Assembly: GCA_012295275.1 (NCBI GenBank)
Contig: CM022670.1
Location: 8,184,001 to 8,248,000, forward strand
Length of the DNA: 64,000 nucleotides
Source of the DNA: Chrysomallon squamiferum
Lineage: Eukaryota > Animalia > Mollusca
Direction of reading: 5' to 3'
In this document: piece after piece, positions 1 through 28,818 of the stretch
Layout: each line of letters starts with the position of its first letter
How positions within the stretch are numbered: the first letter of the stretch is position 1
Notes under the pieces: generated by a model
Database searches by the model: none
What the model was told of the DNA's origin: nothing
The model's input: the letters and a program-made list of their open reading frames with translations, nothing else
Translations under genes and position numbers: made by a program

Positions 1-1190
1 CAGATCTACCATGATGCCCCATACATACATACATACATATATACATACATACATACATACATACATAGATACATACATACATACATACATATACATACAT
101 GTACACACACACATATAGATATCATATATACATATATATATATAATTATTTACATAAACATATGCACTTTACCACACATGTATTCATTAAACACACATAT
201 TTTTATTAAAACACTCATATTCTCTGATGTATATAAACACATGCACACTAACTCATAATCACACACACACACATGCACACACATCAAATATAATTTTCAC
301 CTTGATGTTACTTAAATAAGGTGGAACTACCTACATAGACTGACACTCATTCACATCAATACATCAGTTCTGTTCACTGTAATTTATTCTGTTAAATAAA
401 TGAGTGGGTGGAGCTACTCATGTTGATTGACATTAACTTCTATGCTTATATTAACTTACTTTGCTGTAATTTTTTTTTTTTAACAGCAGAATAAAAACAC
501 TGAATTTCTGATAATAATTTTTTTTTTTTTTTTTTTGTACTTTAGTTTATATTCTCTGGTAATAAAATAAATTTTTGAATTTTTTTTGGTTTTTACTGCC
601 TCATATGTGAATAAAAATAGTTTATTATATATTTTGTTAATAATGAATTACATATGCACAGTTAACCCAGGCACTAAATTTCTGGATCTTGCAAAGAAAA
701 CTGATATTTTTGTGTATGGATTTTTATATATAGATAAGTAGACTTTTGTTTGAGTATGGATATAAGCCAGCATGCTAAGATTGAAATGAAAGAAAATAAT
801 CTTGAAAAAAAAAGAAAAAAATTATTAATGAGTTCATGTAAAATAGTTATGTACATTATTGATTAAAAGAAAAAAAAATTAGAAAAAAATTAATATCCTT
901 ACAAACAAACTATTATTTCTCATATAATCACATTTTTCTTTTTTTGAAAAATTTGTTCATTGTAACAAAAATAGCAAAATAAAAACACAAATCTTCTTGT
1001 CATGGAATCAATCCTCATTTCCCATTCTACCCTTAGTCTCCAGCTAGTGTATTGAAAGTTATGGAAAGTGGTTCTTTTTGTGTCTCTGAAAAAACTCATA
1101 CAGATGACCCCATGCTGCAGATGGGTTAGAATGGGAAAAATCTTTGTCCAAACTTTGTGAATTTACTGGAGATTTTTCTGTTTCTTTCAG

Positions 1191-15770
<14,580 letters not shown>

Positions 15771-16728
15771 AAATATTTATTGATTTTTTTTTTTTTTTTT
15801 TATGTTTGTGAAAATTTAAAGTTGAGGCATAAAAGCTCACTTCAGATTCTGAAATGTTATTTAACAAAGTTTTGTGAAATGTTATTTAACAAAGTACAGT
15901 GTAATTTTTGATTGTTGCATGAAGAAAGAATATAAGTCTGAAAAGAATGGATTCCGTTATGATAAAGATTGTCGAAAAATTCATGTACCAAAAATAAAGT
16001 CTGTGGAACCAGGCAAAAAGTGGCTGACACAGAGAGGTGGCTTTCAAAAACAGATTCAAAAAGAATCAAGATAAAACCCCAAGAATTTCAACACTGTAGC
16101 AGTACTTTCTGAATGTACAACAACATTGTTAATGTATGATATGCAGGAAAAATATAATATATAGATGTAATCAATGACGTTTTCTGTGATTTTTCTTAAA
16201 TTATAAATTATTTTTCCTTTGTTTTTAGCTTTAGTTTGATCAACTTATTAATTTAGGTGGCATTTTATATATAAAAAAGGTTAGAAATAAATTTTAATAA
16301 TGAATTTAAAAATGATGACAACTTCCAAGGGTAGATAACTCTAATGACTTGACATTGAAGTTACATTTGTTTTCAGATTCTTTCAACAGCTGCATTAAGT
16401 AATACTGACTGTGTAAAAAAATCTACAGTGACTGAATTATGCAAAAAAAAAATAAAGAAAATGAAAGAAAGTAACAACAGCCACAAAAAAAAAAAAAAAT
16501 GAAAAAAAAAACATTTGCTTTTAAAACAGCGATATGTTAAAAGAAATAAATGAAAGATGAAACTAATAAATGAATAGATGAATAGATGAATGATGAATGA
16601 ATGAAATAAATAAGCAAATAATAAATAAATAAATATCTGATGAGAATCTAAATAATAAATAAATAACATTAATTTTATAACAAATAATAAAAAATCAAAA
16701 AAAAAAAAATATTAGTTTGTTTTTAAAA

Positions 16729-16767
<39 letters not shown>

Positions 16768-16895
16768 AAAAACAACATTTATTAATAGTTTGCTTGTAAA
16801 AGATTAAATCACAAAATATTCAGAAACTTTGTAATTTGTTTTTAACCTTAATATTACCTCCTCCAGATATGTTTGTTTTTCTTTTTTGTTTCTGA

Positions 16896-16950
<55 letters not shown>

Positions 16951-17139
16951 TATTTATTTATTTTATTTATATTCTTTTAATTCATGTCTTTGCTGGAATA
17001 AAGTTTTAAAATATAGTTATTATTTATGCCAGTGAATTATGTATATAATTTTGTGTATTTCAAAATGTTAATGATTTTAAATAATAATGTTCATTATTAA
17101 ATCTTATTAAAATTTATACTTATTATTATCTTATATATT

Positions 17140-17151
17140 TGTACAAATAAA
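17140..17151 (+). terminator. Candidate PPEF poly(A) signal
   Basis: TGTA immediately before AATAAA (17146-17151), with a T/GT-rich tract downstream. AATAAA is common in this DNA, so the call is tentative. Confidence 0.35.
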
Positions 17152-17487
17152 GATATATGAAAAACATTTTAGTTTTGTTTTATATATGTACACACATATA
17201 TAAACAAACCTACACAAAATCATATATACATTTATACATACATCTACACATACATCTACAAATATCAATAACTGGAAAATAGAAAACAAAGACAAAGAAA
17301 GAAAAACGGAGAGAAATCACGTGAGGACATGAGAAAGTCTCTGAAATGGCAATTCTTAAATTTCATTTTCTCAAAATGAAAAATTAAGTAATTTCAGACG
17401 TACTAAATTATGTATTACTTAGATTATTAACTAAAAACGTTAATATATTATTTATTTTGGTTATAAAAACTAATTTGAAAAATAGTG

Positions 17488-17560
17488 AGGTTCCGGCGAG
17501 GCTCGAACTCGCGGCCTTCTGCGTGTTAAGCAGACGTGATAACCACTACACCACGGAACC
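17488..17560 (-). tRNA. trnV: tRNA-Val (anticodon AAC), intronless
   Basis: Reverse complement: GGTTCCGTGGTGTAGTGGTTATCACGTCTGCTTAACACGCAGAAGGCCGCGAGTTCGAGCCTCGCCGGAACCT. Perfect acceptor (GGTTCCG/CGGAACC), anticodon (TCTGC/GCAGA) and T (GCGAG/CTCGC) stems; A and B boxes intact; T5 Pol III terminator 5 nt downstream. Confidence 0.96.
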
Positions 17561-19930
17561 GACTGAAACAATACTGTAAAAATTATTGTATATAAAAGAA
17601 TTAGATTCTAACTCGCTGTCAATTTTATTTATTCAATACGCGAAACAAATTATTATGCTCATATCAGCAATCACATTTACGTCATACATTACATAGTAAT
17701 CTATCAATTACATGTCGGTCCTATGATATATCCACCATTTCACCAATATTAGAGTGCTCGTACAGTGCTCGTATCCGTTTCACTGATTGGCTGCTATAAT
17801 TTATCCGATGGCGGTGTACGGAATAATACGAAACTGACTTAATGATAAGATAGTGATTTTGCCAGTAAAGAATAGTTGCCTTGCATGCACAGTAAATTAT
17901 ATTAAAAACGTATAGGTATTAAATATATATTGAATACGTATAGGTATTAAATTATATTAAATATGTCAACAGAAATTAATTTGCTTACACGTTGATTATT
18001 TATGCTGTAAACAATTTTTAGGCGCATATTTATATCTGATAAGGTAACTAATAATTATTACTTTTCACAGTTACGTTATTCAATTATTTTGATTTATTTG
18101 GAGACGCTATATTAAATTTTAATTAATAACTGAAATGTGACATGGCAGATTATTAAGTGGAAAAACAAATCTTTGTTGTAAAGTATTATACATTAGCAGA
18201 AATTATGTTATTGCTTTTCCATGCTTTTTCCAGTGATGCAGAAATAATTTTAATTTGGGACTTTAATTTATTTTAATACCTAATACTGTCGAAATTCCAT
18301 TAAACTTATTATTTTCTTATTTATTTATTTATTTATTTATTTGTTATTTTTGTTTTTTCTTCTTTTATAACCCTCCCTTAAAATGTCTTTATTTTGTTTT
18401 TCTTACTACGGTAACATGCTGCTGCTGAAATTTTGTTGCAATTCTTTCTCATAGATAATATAATATTTTGGTTGGGGAAGCTAAATTATGATCAGAAAAA
18501 ATCATAGAAGACTGAGTCAGAGGTTTTTTGATAAAATCTATACTTTTCTGAGTAAACGAAACGGATTCCGTTGATAAACTTGGTAAAAAAAAAAAAAAAA
18601 TGTTTTCTTTAATTTGGCAAAGCTTGATTTAAACTTCATAAGAAACTTTACTGTCACCTTTCCTGTATCAGGCAGTAAGGCTATATATTAATAATAATAT
18701 ATATACACATTACTCCTTTTATTATATTATTATTATTATTTCTTTTTTAAATATTAAAAGTAATTTTGCTTTGCTTGTATCTTCAGTAATGGTAATCATG
18801 TTTATGATGATGATATAAAATAAAATAAATTAAAATAAAATAATGAAAATGTACTTTTTGCTTAAAAATGTGTGAATAATTTCAGTTTTGCTAAAAAAAA
18901 AACCTTCAAGTTACTGTTAGTGTAATTATCTCTAGTTCATTTCAGTTTTTTTACCAAGACAGACGTGATCAAATCCGGTGAAATAAATGAAGAATCGAGA
19001 GAGAGAGAAAAAAATCTTGAAGTGAGTTTAAAATATCTTTATATTGCCAGAGACAGGCATCTGATACCAACTGTTCAGTACCCGCGACACAACATGTATT
19101 GCATGCTTTGCAGAATGCATTAAACTAAAATGAGAGCATTTCATTCACACAAAAATGATATACCAGTTAAAAACAGATGTTCATTTTAAATCTTTGAAAT
19201 AATATTTTTTCTGTTAATTAAAAAATAAATAAAAATAATAATAATAATAATGATGATGAAATAAAATAAAATAAAATTAAAATTAAATAAATAAATAAAT
19301 AAATAATTTTAAAAACTGATAAAAAAAAATTTAAGTTTTCGGTCCCTTTAAGTGAAAAACGGAATTTGAACAGGTGTTACAACTGGCAGATTAACACAGA
19401 AACTGTCACGTGATCTACACATTGTAACCGAACTGAAATGCAAACGAAAAAGGGACAAGAATCTGTTTGTTTGCTTCTATATTTGTCCACGTGGTTTCTA
19501 AAAGGGTAATTACAAGTTCAAGATGCCGCTTTACACGGCTAATCCGCTCCTATTTTGTTGACGTACCCGGGTTTCGTTTTCCGCCATTTTGTGTTCGCTT
19601 TTATCAAGCACACTGCGAAAATAGCGCTCGAGACACTACAGTATTGTTGCGTTCTGCGTAATCTCCCCTTGAGTGTCAATTATTTGCGGGATTTTTGTGA
19701 TAGGGCAGAACTCTTTTTTCCCTCACCGAGATTTGTTCATCTGATTAAAATAGCGAAACCTGATTTCAGAGAAAATAGTGAATGAAAAATTAAGTAATAG
19801 TCTCTCAATACCACTCGTACTATTACTTTTTTTTTCTTTCTCTGAATAACCGCTGCTTTCATCAGTACCGACGTTTCTAATAAAACACAGACACACACAC
19901 ACACACACAGACACACACACACACACACAG

Positions 19931-19962
<32 letters not shown>

Positions 19963-21235
19963 ACCATAACCCCCCCTCACACACACGTCTGGAGCAGCAA
20001 ACAAACAATAAAAACTGCTTCTAGTGTTACTACTATTACTTCAACCACTACGACTACCTTTATTACACAACCACTACTACTTCAGTTGACGTTACTATAA
20101 CACTTTTACACCTTCAACTATTACAAAGCCTACTGAAGTTATAAAAACTCTTCGATTGTGGCAACCACTACAACATCGTCACTGAATTGCTGGATTATTT
20201 TTTTGTGAAAAGCCTTTGGAGCCAAAGGTTCTGGAAAATCATTGGTGTACTACTAGTTTTACTGTTATATCTAGTCGAACTAGTATTACTTCTAACCACA
20301 GTAGTGTTGTACAACTATTTATTAAACTGCAAAATATATATTTTTTTATAATATAATATAATATGAAAAAATATAATAGAAAAAAAAAAAAAAAATAAAA
20401 AATAAATGGAAAATGAAATGAAGTAATATAAACAGATAATATTACATAATATTATATGAAAAAATATAACAGAAAAAAAAAAAAAAAAAATAAAAATAAA
20501 ATAAAATAAAATAAATAACAGCAACAACATTCTTCAGTGCTCAGCGTCTTTAAGAGAAGTACATGAGAAAGATTTCACAATTTCGTTCGTGTTCAATATT
20601 TTTTCGCCAGTTCTAAAAGAAAATATTTACAAAAACCACCAGGGGAGCTGTAATTCTCGATTAGCCAGCTAATACAGTTAAACAGGTGTTTGAAGAGCGA
20701 GTTCGATTCGCTCACTCGGAGTTAGACACGATCGCCGGTTTACATTACTCAGCAACCTGAACACGTGACCTCTCTGTGACCTACTTTCAAACATCGATGT
20801 ACGTAGCGTCATGTTGGTGTACTTTAAGTAATTTAATTATATTTTATTTCGATTTATACATATATATATATATATATATATTTTTTTTTTTTTTCATATT
20901 TCTGAAAGAAAAAATTTCTAAATCTTTAACGGAGTAGTATATTTTTCTTACTTTTGTTGGCTTATATTTTATTTGTACTACTACTACTACTATCACTACT
21001 ACAACTACAAAATGAAAAAGGTACTAGTTCTATTATTTTTACTATTACAGCTACTACTAATACTGCTGCTGCACTATTGTAGTCATCATAGTTATTATTA
21101 TTTAAGAAATATGGTGGGATATTTGTGTTTTTTAAAGTGTTTGCTCTTCTCCTTCTTCTTCTTCTTATTATTATTATTATTATCAGTTTATTTTAAAATG
21201 TATTTTGGACACTTGTGTTCTGTAAAATTTTTATA

Positions 21236-21288
<53 letters not shown>

Positions 21289-21402
21289 GAAGAAGAAGAA
21301 GAAGCAGCAACAACAACAACAACAACAACAACAACAAAAAAAGAAACTGAAACTCCTACATTTCCTAACCTCACTGGACAACCAGGGATTCTTCATAAGT
21401 CT

Positions 21403-21434
<32 letters not shown>

Positions 21435-22050
21435 CGCTTGTTCTTTGACTGCGGCAACTTTATGTCTCTGTTTAATAGATATATCAGATTTCTCGCTCAA
21501 ACCACCTCTATTCCGCTATCGTCAATTTCTGGTCTAAATAACGAGATTAGCTAGAAATAAATCCGTCGTAATCTTATAGACAAATATTGTGAAAAGCGTT
21601 GGAATGTTCAAGATGGTTTTCGATGAGCGGAGAACGTGTTTAATTGAGGATGGACGGACAAAGGACGGACAGTTCTGAAGAAAGAGACAGATGAAAAGAT
21701 GGCACGAGTGAGGGGAGACGTATATACAATGGACGAACCGGAGAAGAATAATATTTTTAATAAGGATTTGGAGTGTGAGAGAGTTACAAGAAATAATTTC
21801 AGTATGTAAAAAGTGAGCAGTAGAGGGAGGGAGGGAGAGAGAGAGAAAGAAAGAAAGAGAGAGAGAGAGAATTTATATGAGAGAAAGAGAGAAAGAGAGA
21901 GATTAGGAGAGAAAAATTAGAAACAGAGACAGAACGACAGAGAGAATGCTTATATGCAAGTGATCGTGTTGGTACATACGTATTTGCTTGTGTTTTAGCC
22001 ATTCATTTAAAAATTATTTCTTTCTGTTTTTCTTATTGTTGTTGTTGTTA

Positions 22051-22100
<50 letters not shown>

Positions 22101-22829
22101 TGTTCACGTAACAGACGATTTTTAAATGACAGTTAAGTGTAAGGTAGAGACTGGTCAAGGTAAAACTGTATAATATTTTATCAGAAATACTTCCTACCGG
22201 CTTACAGAATGAAATAAACTTGATCCACACAATTACTCTTTGTAAGACTAACGTTAGGACAATTTCTGTTTTTTCTCGCCATGTGAAAAGAAAGTGGAAA
22301 CAGCCAACGCAAGTTTCCTGAAAACACGTTTACGCACATACCGCCATGTCGAAAACACCATCCCTGAATTTAACAAACTCATCGTAAAACGTTACGCGGT
22401 CTTATTCGGGCGGTTGACATTCCTTTTCAATCTGAAGCATAAATGTCGATACATTTGTAATTTTTAAAGGGTATCAGAAGATCTAATTTTTGTCATAAGA
22501 TTTCATTTCATCAAAAAAGGAAAAAATAAAATTAAAGAAAAATCTAGTTCATTTGTGAAAGTACCCATCTTCTGGAATGGAGCCTGTCACCCATTTTATG
22601 AATTTCTGGATCCGCTCCTGACCTTCACACCTTTTTTGTTTTCTTCAGAAAATAAAAATTTGACATCGAAATGAGTGTAATGTGTTAAAAGTTATAACAT
22701 ATAGTGTGAGAAATTGTTTTTGGAAGAAGTATGTGACAACAGTCACGTTCATTTTTAAAATGAAAAAACAAAATCCCTGCGATGAGATATCTCTGACGTA
22801 GGCCGAATTATCTTATTCTTATAATAATA

Positions 22830-22909
<80 letters not shown>

Positions 22910-24342
22910 GCTATGAGTAGATGCATGTTAGAGAAGATATTTTCACAGACTGGACGTTTGAGTGACTGTTCATGCAGAATACATTGCCGCAGATGGAAAG
23001 ATGGAGAAAAGGAATAACTACATACTTAAGGAGGAAAAACAGAATTGCAAATAGTAATTTAATTCAAACAGAGTAACTGATGATTAAACATATGAAAATG
23101 AAGATGATGATAATGATAATAATAATAACGAAAAAAAACAAAATCTAAGGAAACTGCTTTAAGGAAATTTCAAAATTGAAACCATTTTCTTATTATAGTG
23201 TTTTTTCTAGTTTTTTTGTAAGCATATAGACAGTATTGGATTTTTAAAAATAATAATACAAATGAATAATTCCATAAAATTGTACTGTCAAGGTCTCAAA
23301 ATAGAATACATGCGGTCTTGAAATAAAGTAAAAAAAAAAAAAAAATAAATCGTTAAAATCAGATAAATTACAAGTTGTCGAAATTTCAAATGGACAAAGC
23401 TGTCTTTGTAATTTAAACATTCAAACTGTCTCTTGCACTAAATTAGTAAATTTAACGATTGTTTGTAAGAAATTTAAAATAAATCAGGTCGTCTGCTTCC
23501 TTGAACTGTTACCTGGGAAACGTTTCGGTGTGGTAAGGGAGACAATCATACAAATAATGAATCACGTGTTTTGATTAGGTGTTAAATTTACTGAGTAAAC
23601 CAATCATGGTCGTTGTTAGTTTTATCTTCGTTTGTTTCTGTTTTTTAAAGAATTTATCAGTTTGTTTTATCTTTTACAACACGTGACACAGATAAAAACA
23701 CTTGTTTTACTTCCACTTGTAGTCATTTGACATTTTTTGGTTCACGTGTTCTGATTTCGTTTTGGTATATCTGTTTTAATAAACCTGTTGTTATTATTAT
23801 TATTATTATTTTATATTTGGGGATATTTATTTAATGGTGTAATAAAAGCCAACCTCACCAAATATAAAAAAATAAATGGTTACAGAAAGAATAAAATAAT
23901 GAAATAAAAACAAAATATTCTGTAAAAGAACAAACAGCAACAAAAAAACCAAAACAAACAACAAACAAACAACAAACAAAAACGAACAAAACAACAAACA
24001 AACAAACAAAACCAAACCAAAAACAAAAACAAGAACAATAACTAAAAAGAACAAGAGACAACAAGCTACAATAGAGAAAACAATATACGGAAGTGAAGGT
24101 AAAGAAATTTTAAATAAAGGGTTAAAATAATATTTTTATTAATTAAAATGCAATTTATAGGCTTTGAAACTGTGACAGATTACTAATAAATAAGCCAGTC
24201 ATTAAGCAGAAAATGAAATAAAATAAACCAAAATTCCAGCTAAATAAATTAAAAACAAAACAATATTAAATATTAAACAGAATATTTTTTTATCATTTAT
24301 ATTGCTTATTTATTTTATATTATTCGAGCAAAATCGAATTTC

Positions 24343-24388
<46 letters not shown>

Positions 24389-24854
24389 ATACGGAAACTA
24401 AAACTACAATAATAAAAATTGCAAAAAAACAACCCAAGAAGTCTACTCTGTTTTATTATAAAAGTAAAAATTAAAAAAAAATATAAAAGAAGAAGAAAAA
24501 GAGCTTTGTCATATACCGGATATTGTTTACATTATTAACAAACAAACAAATAAATACAAGAAAATTATAATGATGATAATAATAATAATAATGATAATAG
24601 TGACCATAAACAAATATCAGTTAATATTAACATTAACGGTATTACGTGCAATATCGTTAAGGAAAAGGGTATTCGCTGAGCTAACGGTAAAAAAATATTT
24701 TGCAGGCACATTTTGACAGTCAGTACAGTACATACCTTAAACTTTGATAAATCAAATGATGGGCTCTAGATGGAAACGGAAATATACCAGTTATTATTAT
24801 TAATAATGATTTAACAAAATGAGAAACAGTAAACCATATTTAATATCAACTCAG

Positions 24855-25125
24855 ACTCGCACATGCGCATATTTCTAAAACAAAACTTCCGCTTTAACCC
24901 CACTAGACTACAACTCACTCAAGCATTTTTTTGTCATGCATTTTGATGACATCATAACAACGACTCACGTGAATTCAGCGTCTGATTGGTTAAAACTGCT
25001 CACGTGTATTTCCCACTGCTTACACAGGTGAACTTGTTGTGTAATGGACACCACACTTGTCAAATCTTCCGACAGAACAAATTAAACGTTACGGGTTTAT
25101 AGCGTATACAGCTGGTCACGTGGTT
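24855..25125. promoter_or_regulatory. Motif-dense promoter/enhancer-like island
   Basis: NRF1-like cgcacatgcgca, ETS-like acttccgc, gactacaac, reverse CCAAT (ctgattggtt) and three CACGTG within 270 bp. Confidence 0.4.
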
Positions 25126-25374
25126 AGACATCGCTAACACACAAACACGTAGAGAAGGAAATCTATTTCTTGTATTGTCTTGTCTGGTTCACACATACAC
25201 GTAAAAGTACGCGAATACATTTTTCTCTTAGCATGTTTAGTGTATATCAACAATGTACTGTTGTCTGTTTCCTCTTGCACTCACATATATATAAGTTAAA
25301 AATGCAAAAATTTCATAATACCCTTATATATATATAAATGTATGTATTACATTTATATTTAAATTAAAACTCTT

Positions 25375-25620
25375 TATAACATATGGTATACATATTATTA
25401 CTATATATTATATGGTGCGATATATTACTATATACTATATGACACATATCTTTCTGTATAATATATGATACATGCATTACTATATACTATATGGTACATT
25501 ATTACTATATATTATATGGTATAAGTATTACCAAATAATAAATGGTATACATGCATTACTTTATATTATATGATACATGTAATTCATATATTACTATATA
25601 TTATATTACATATTATACGT
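25375..25620. repeat. Degenerate AT-rich minisatellite (~27-30-bp unit, attactatatattatatggtatacat)
   Basis: attactatat and atatggta recur periodically. Confidence 0.7.
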
Positions 25621-28359
25621 TTTAAAAAAATATAAGTTTTAAAAAGTTTGTTATTTATTATATTGTGGTAAACTTATTTTATACATTTTTTTATAAATGT
25701 TATAGTTTATATGTACGTTTAAATATATACTATTATATGCTGCAGTTTTACATTCATTCCAATTTTCGTCTAAATTATGTGTGTGAAACTTAGTAAACTT
25801 CCAATAATACAAAAATATATAAATTTAAATTTTTATTATTATTTTTTTTTATATCGTCTAATCTATAAATGGATATAAATTAAAAAAAAATGTACATAAT
25901 TATGTATTTTCATTATTCAGTGTACGTTTTGTAAATTAAAAATTTTTACTATTATATTTAATTAAAAAATTAATTTTCAAAAATCTTATAATTTCGTATA
26001 ATTAAATTAATTTATCAAGAATTTTAGGATTTCGTATTATTATAATAATGGAAACTAATACAAATTTGTAACGATGATCTTTTTTCCTTATATTTATCCT
26101 TTTTTCCAATTGTTAATGTACCTAGTAAATATATTTTGAACGTTGATATTATTTTAATACTAAAAATAACTAAAATGATTCATATAAATATATGAAGTAA
26201 ATATTTACTAAACTGATTTTATGAATAACAGACATAACATAGTGAAATATTTGCATACAGTCTTTTCTTTTTTTTTAATTCAAATTAAGAATATTGAATA
26301 ATCTGGATAACAATTTTAATTTTCTAATTTAATCAAAAAGAAAAAGTTTTAAATTCTAAATTTTAAATGATACGATACAGTCACTGCATTAATACATATT
26401 GTTCATTTATTTATTTAATTTGATTAACAATTCTAAATTACACCAGCATTAAACGACGTCCTAGGTTATCATAATCGTGTAACTTAACAACGACATCGAC
26501 ATTTCACCTCTGATGACGTATGGGAATAAAAATAAGTATGTATGTGAGCGTGTGTTTTTAATACCAGTCTTTTACTATAACAGCATCAGTTTCCTTTCCA
26601 ACAAATATTAATAATAAAGATAAATAAAATCAGAAATATTGCGTGTAAATTTGTTCATAACACATTCTCATTCAAAACGAACTGGACTTTGTATGCAAAT
26701 GGCGGATCCGCTGGTTCAGTAGGTGTGCTTACTGACGTTGTCTGAACTGCCCACTACAGATAAAACGTTTTCACAGGAAAATACACGTTTTTAACCCTGC
26801 TGAACCTCGCCCATCGAACTTTTGGATATCAGAAATAATCCTAATACAATCAGCTCCACAGTAGAGCAATAAAAACGTAATCAGTTATACTGGGCACTAA
26901 TTAACTTTAATTAGCTCTGTGGAACAGAGACTCGGGGTACCGCAATCTCAGAGGTCAAAAGACGGCGGTGACAAGTGAAAACCCACAGACGAGGCTGGAG
27001 TAATAAAAGAATAAAACCAGACTAGAGGTAAGGTCAAAGAGGAACTGGAAAGATGGTTTTATTCACGTGTAAAATCTGTTATTTCACAATGAAGTTTTTG
27101 TCCCAATTTGTAGGTGAAACAGGTTAAAGAGTTCATCAAAGGTTAAAGATCACAGGATCACTCCTACTTAGACCATATCCCGTTCCAACAGTGCTTTTCG
27201 TTTATTAAATAATGTCGTATATGCTTTGTAACTCCATGTATGTAAAGCAGCCTTTAAAAATTATTTTGTCGCTAATCGATAAAAGAATCTCATGGAATTT
27301 GTCTCCAGTGATTTCAAAAATCATGTATCAATGAGATAATGTGAAAAATGTGCTGAAGTGACGGTAATGAAATATTTTTTCATTCCTGAAAAAAAGAAGA
27401 AGAAGGAAATAAACATTAACTTAATGAAATATTCAATCATTTTAGAGAAAAAAAGAACTAAACATTAAGTAGAAATAGCGGTGAAGAAAGAAAGAGAGAC
27501 TCAAGAGAAATTAATAAATTATATATTTCTGTATTCAGATTTAAAAGAAGAACTGTAAAGCTTAATATAACAAATCTTTTTTAAATAGATGCACCAGTAT
27601 TATTGGGAATAAAATTTATAATAACAGTATTAACATAACTTAAATAAAAATTGGTAGAATGTAAATGTTGGCTTTTTGATATATATATTTATCTATCTAT
27701 CTATCTGTCTAAAATTATTTAACAAATTTATAATCATTTCCTTTTTTCTTTTTTATCAATTTAAAAAAAAAAAAAAGCAATATTAAAGTTATATTTTAAT
27801 CTTAAATGAACTTTGTTTCTTTTAATTACTTGTTTTAGTATGTAATAAGGTATTATTATCCAACTTAATTTTCAGTTAAAAATATTTTCTTTCGAGCAGA
27901 AATATAAAAAAAACTAATCTAAAATTATAGTCGTTTTATTCATCCCAAATTCAACGCTAACGTTTATTATCATTTAGACACCAAATTTTTTTTGGGGGGA
28001 ATAATAATTTCTCTCTGCATCTGTTTACAGTTTTCATTAGACAAGTCAACTTAATATGTCCAGTAGCGGAAGTAACACTTGGACAAAGAACGGTTTTAAT
28101 AATCACTTGTTCCATTCTCGGAATAGAAAACATTCTTCTCGGGGATCTTCGAGTCGACGCTGATAATCGGGCTGGATCTCGCCGGCGATTGAAAGGTGTG
28201 TTTTCCATGCCGTGTTGATCATGTAAAGTTTACCTTCGTCACCAAACACTGGATGTTTGTCTTTCCAGCATATGAAACAATGAAGCCGATTGTCTCGTCT
28301 GGCGCTCTCCAATGTGCGTAGATGTTTCGTGTGTGGTTTTCTACAAATCTTTTAAAGGT

Positions 28360-28818
28360 AGACAAGCCCGCCCATAATTCTTATTCTTTATTTTTTGTTT
28401 TCCCCCTCTTCATGACAACAAACAACAGGCGTGGAACATCTTCGATGTTGTTGATGTAGTAGTCAGTTTAGATTTTAGTATCTCACCGACGTTACCGATG
28501 ATGGCAGCTTGCTTCGCTTGCGACAAGAACGCAACTACTACGACGTGACTTCTGATTATTACTGCGAAGACCCGGAAGTAACCTAACTTGTGGTATTTTC
28601 GTGCTGATATTATTTCTGTGCTCGTTCGTTGTGTTGTATGGACATAACTGGACATTGGGTATTTTAAAATAACTGGCTGTGTTGAAAGTATGCTGAAAGA
28701 ATGTTAAAGTGCTGGTTACAACTACCTGAGAGGGATTAGACATTGTTTTCTATTATTCACCACACAATACGAAGACAAGATCCCAGTCAGAATCCATTCT
28801 TCATTTGTGTCGGTAAGT
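28360..28818 (+). promoter_or_regulatory. Candidate promoter and non-coding first exon of Pcdh-A
   Basis: CpG-rich island with GC box gcccgccc (28366) and ETS-type ccggaagt (28572), ending in a consensus donor tcg|GTAAGT (28813). A free acceptor lies at 32322, 130 nt before the ATG. Confidence 0.45.

Noticed and set aside
27957-28743. Minus-strand 69-83 aa ORFs in a CpG-rich patch
   Set aside because: No domain similarity or joinable exon structure; better explained as the Pcdh-A promoter/5' exon region.
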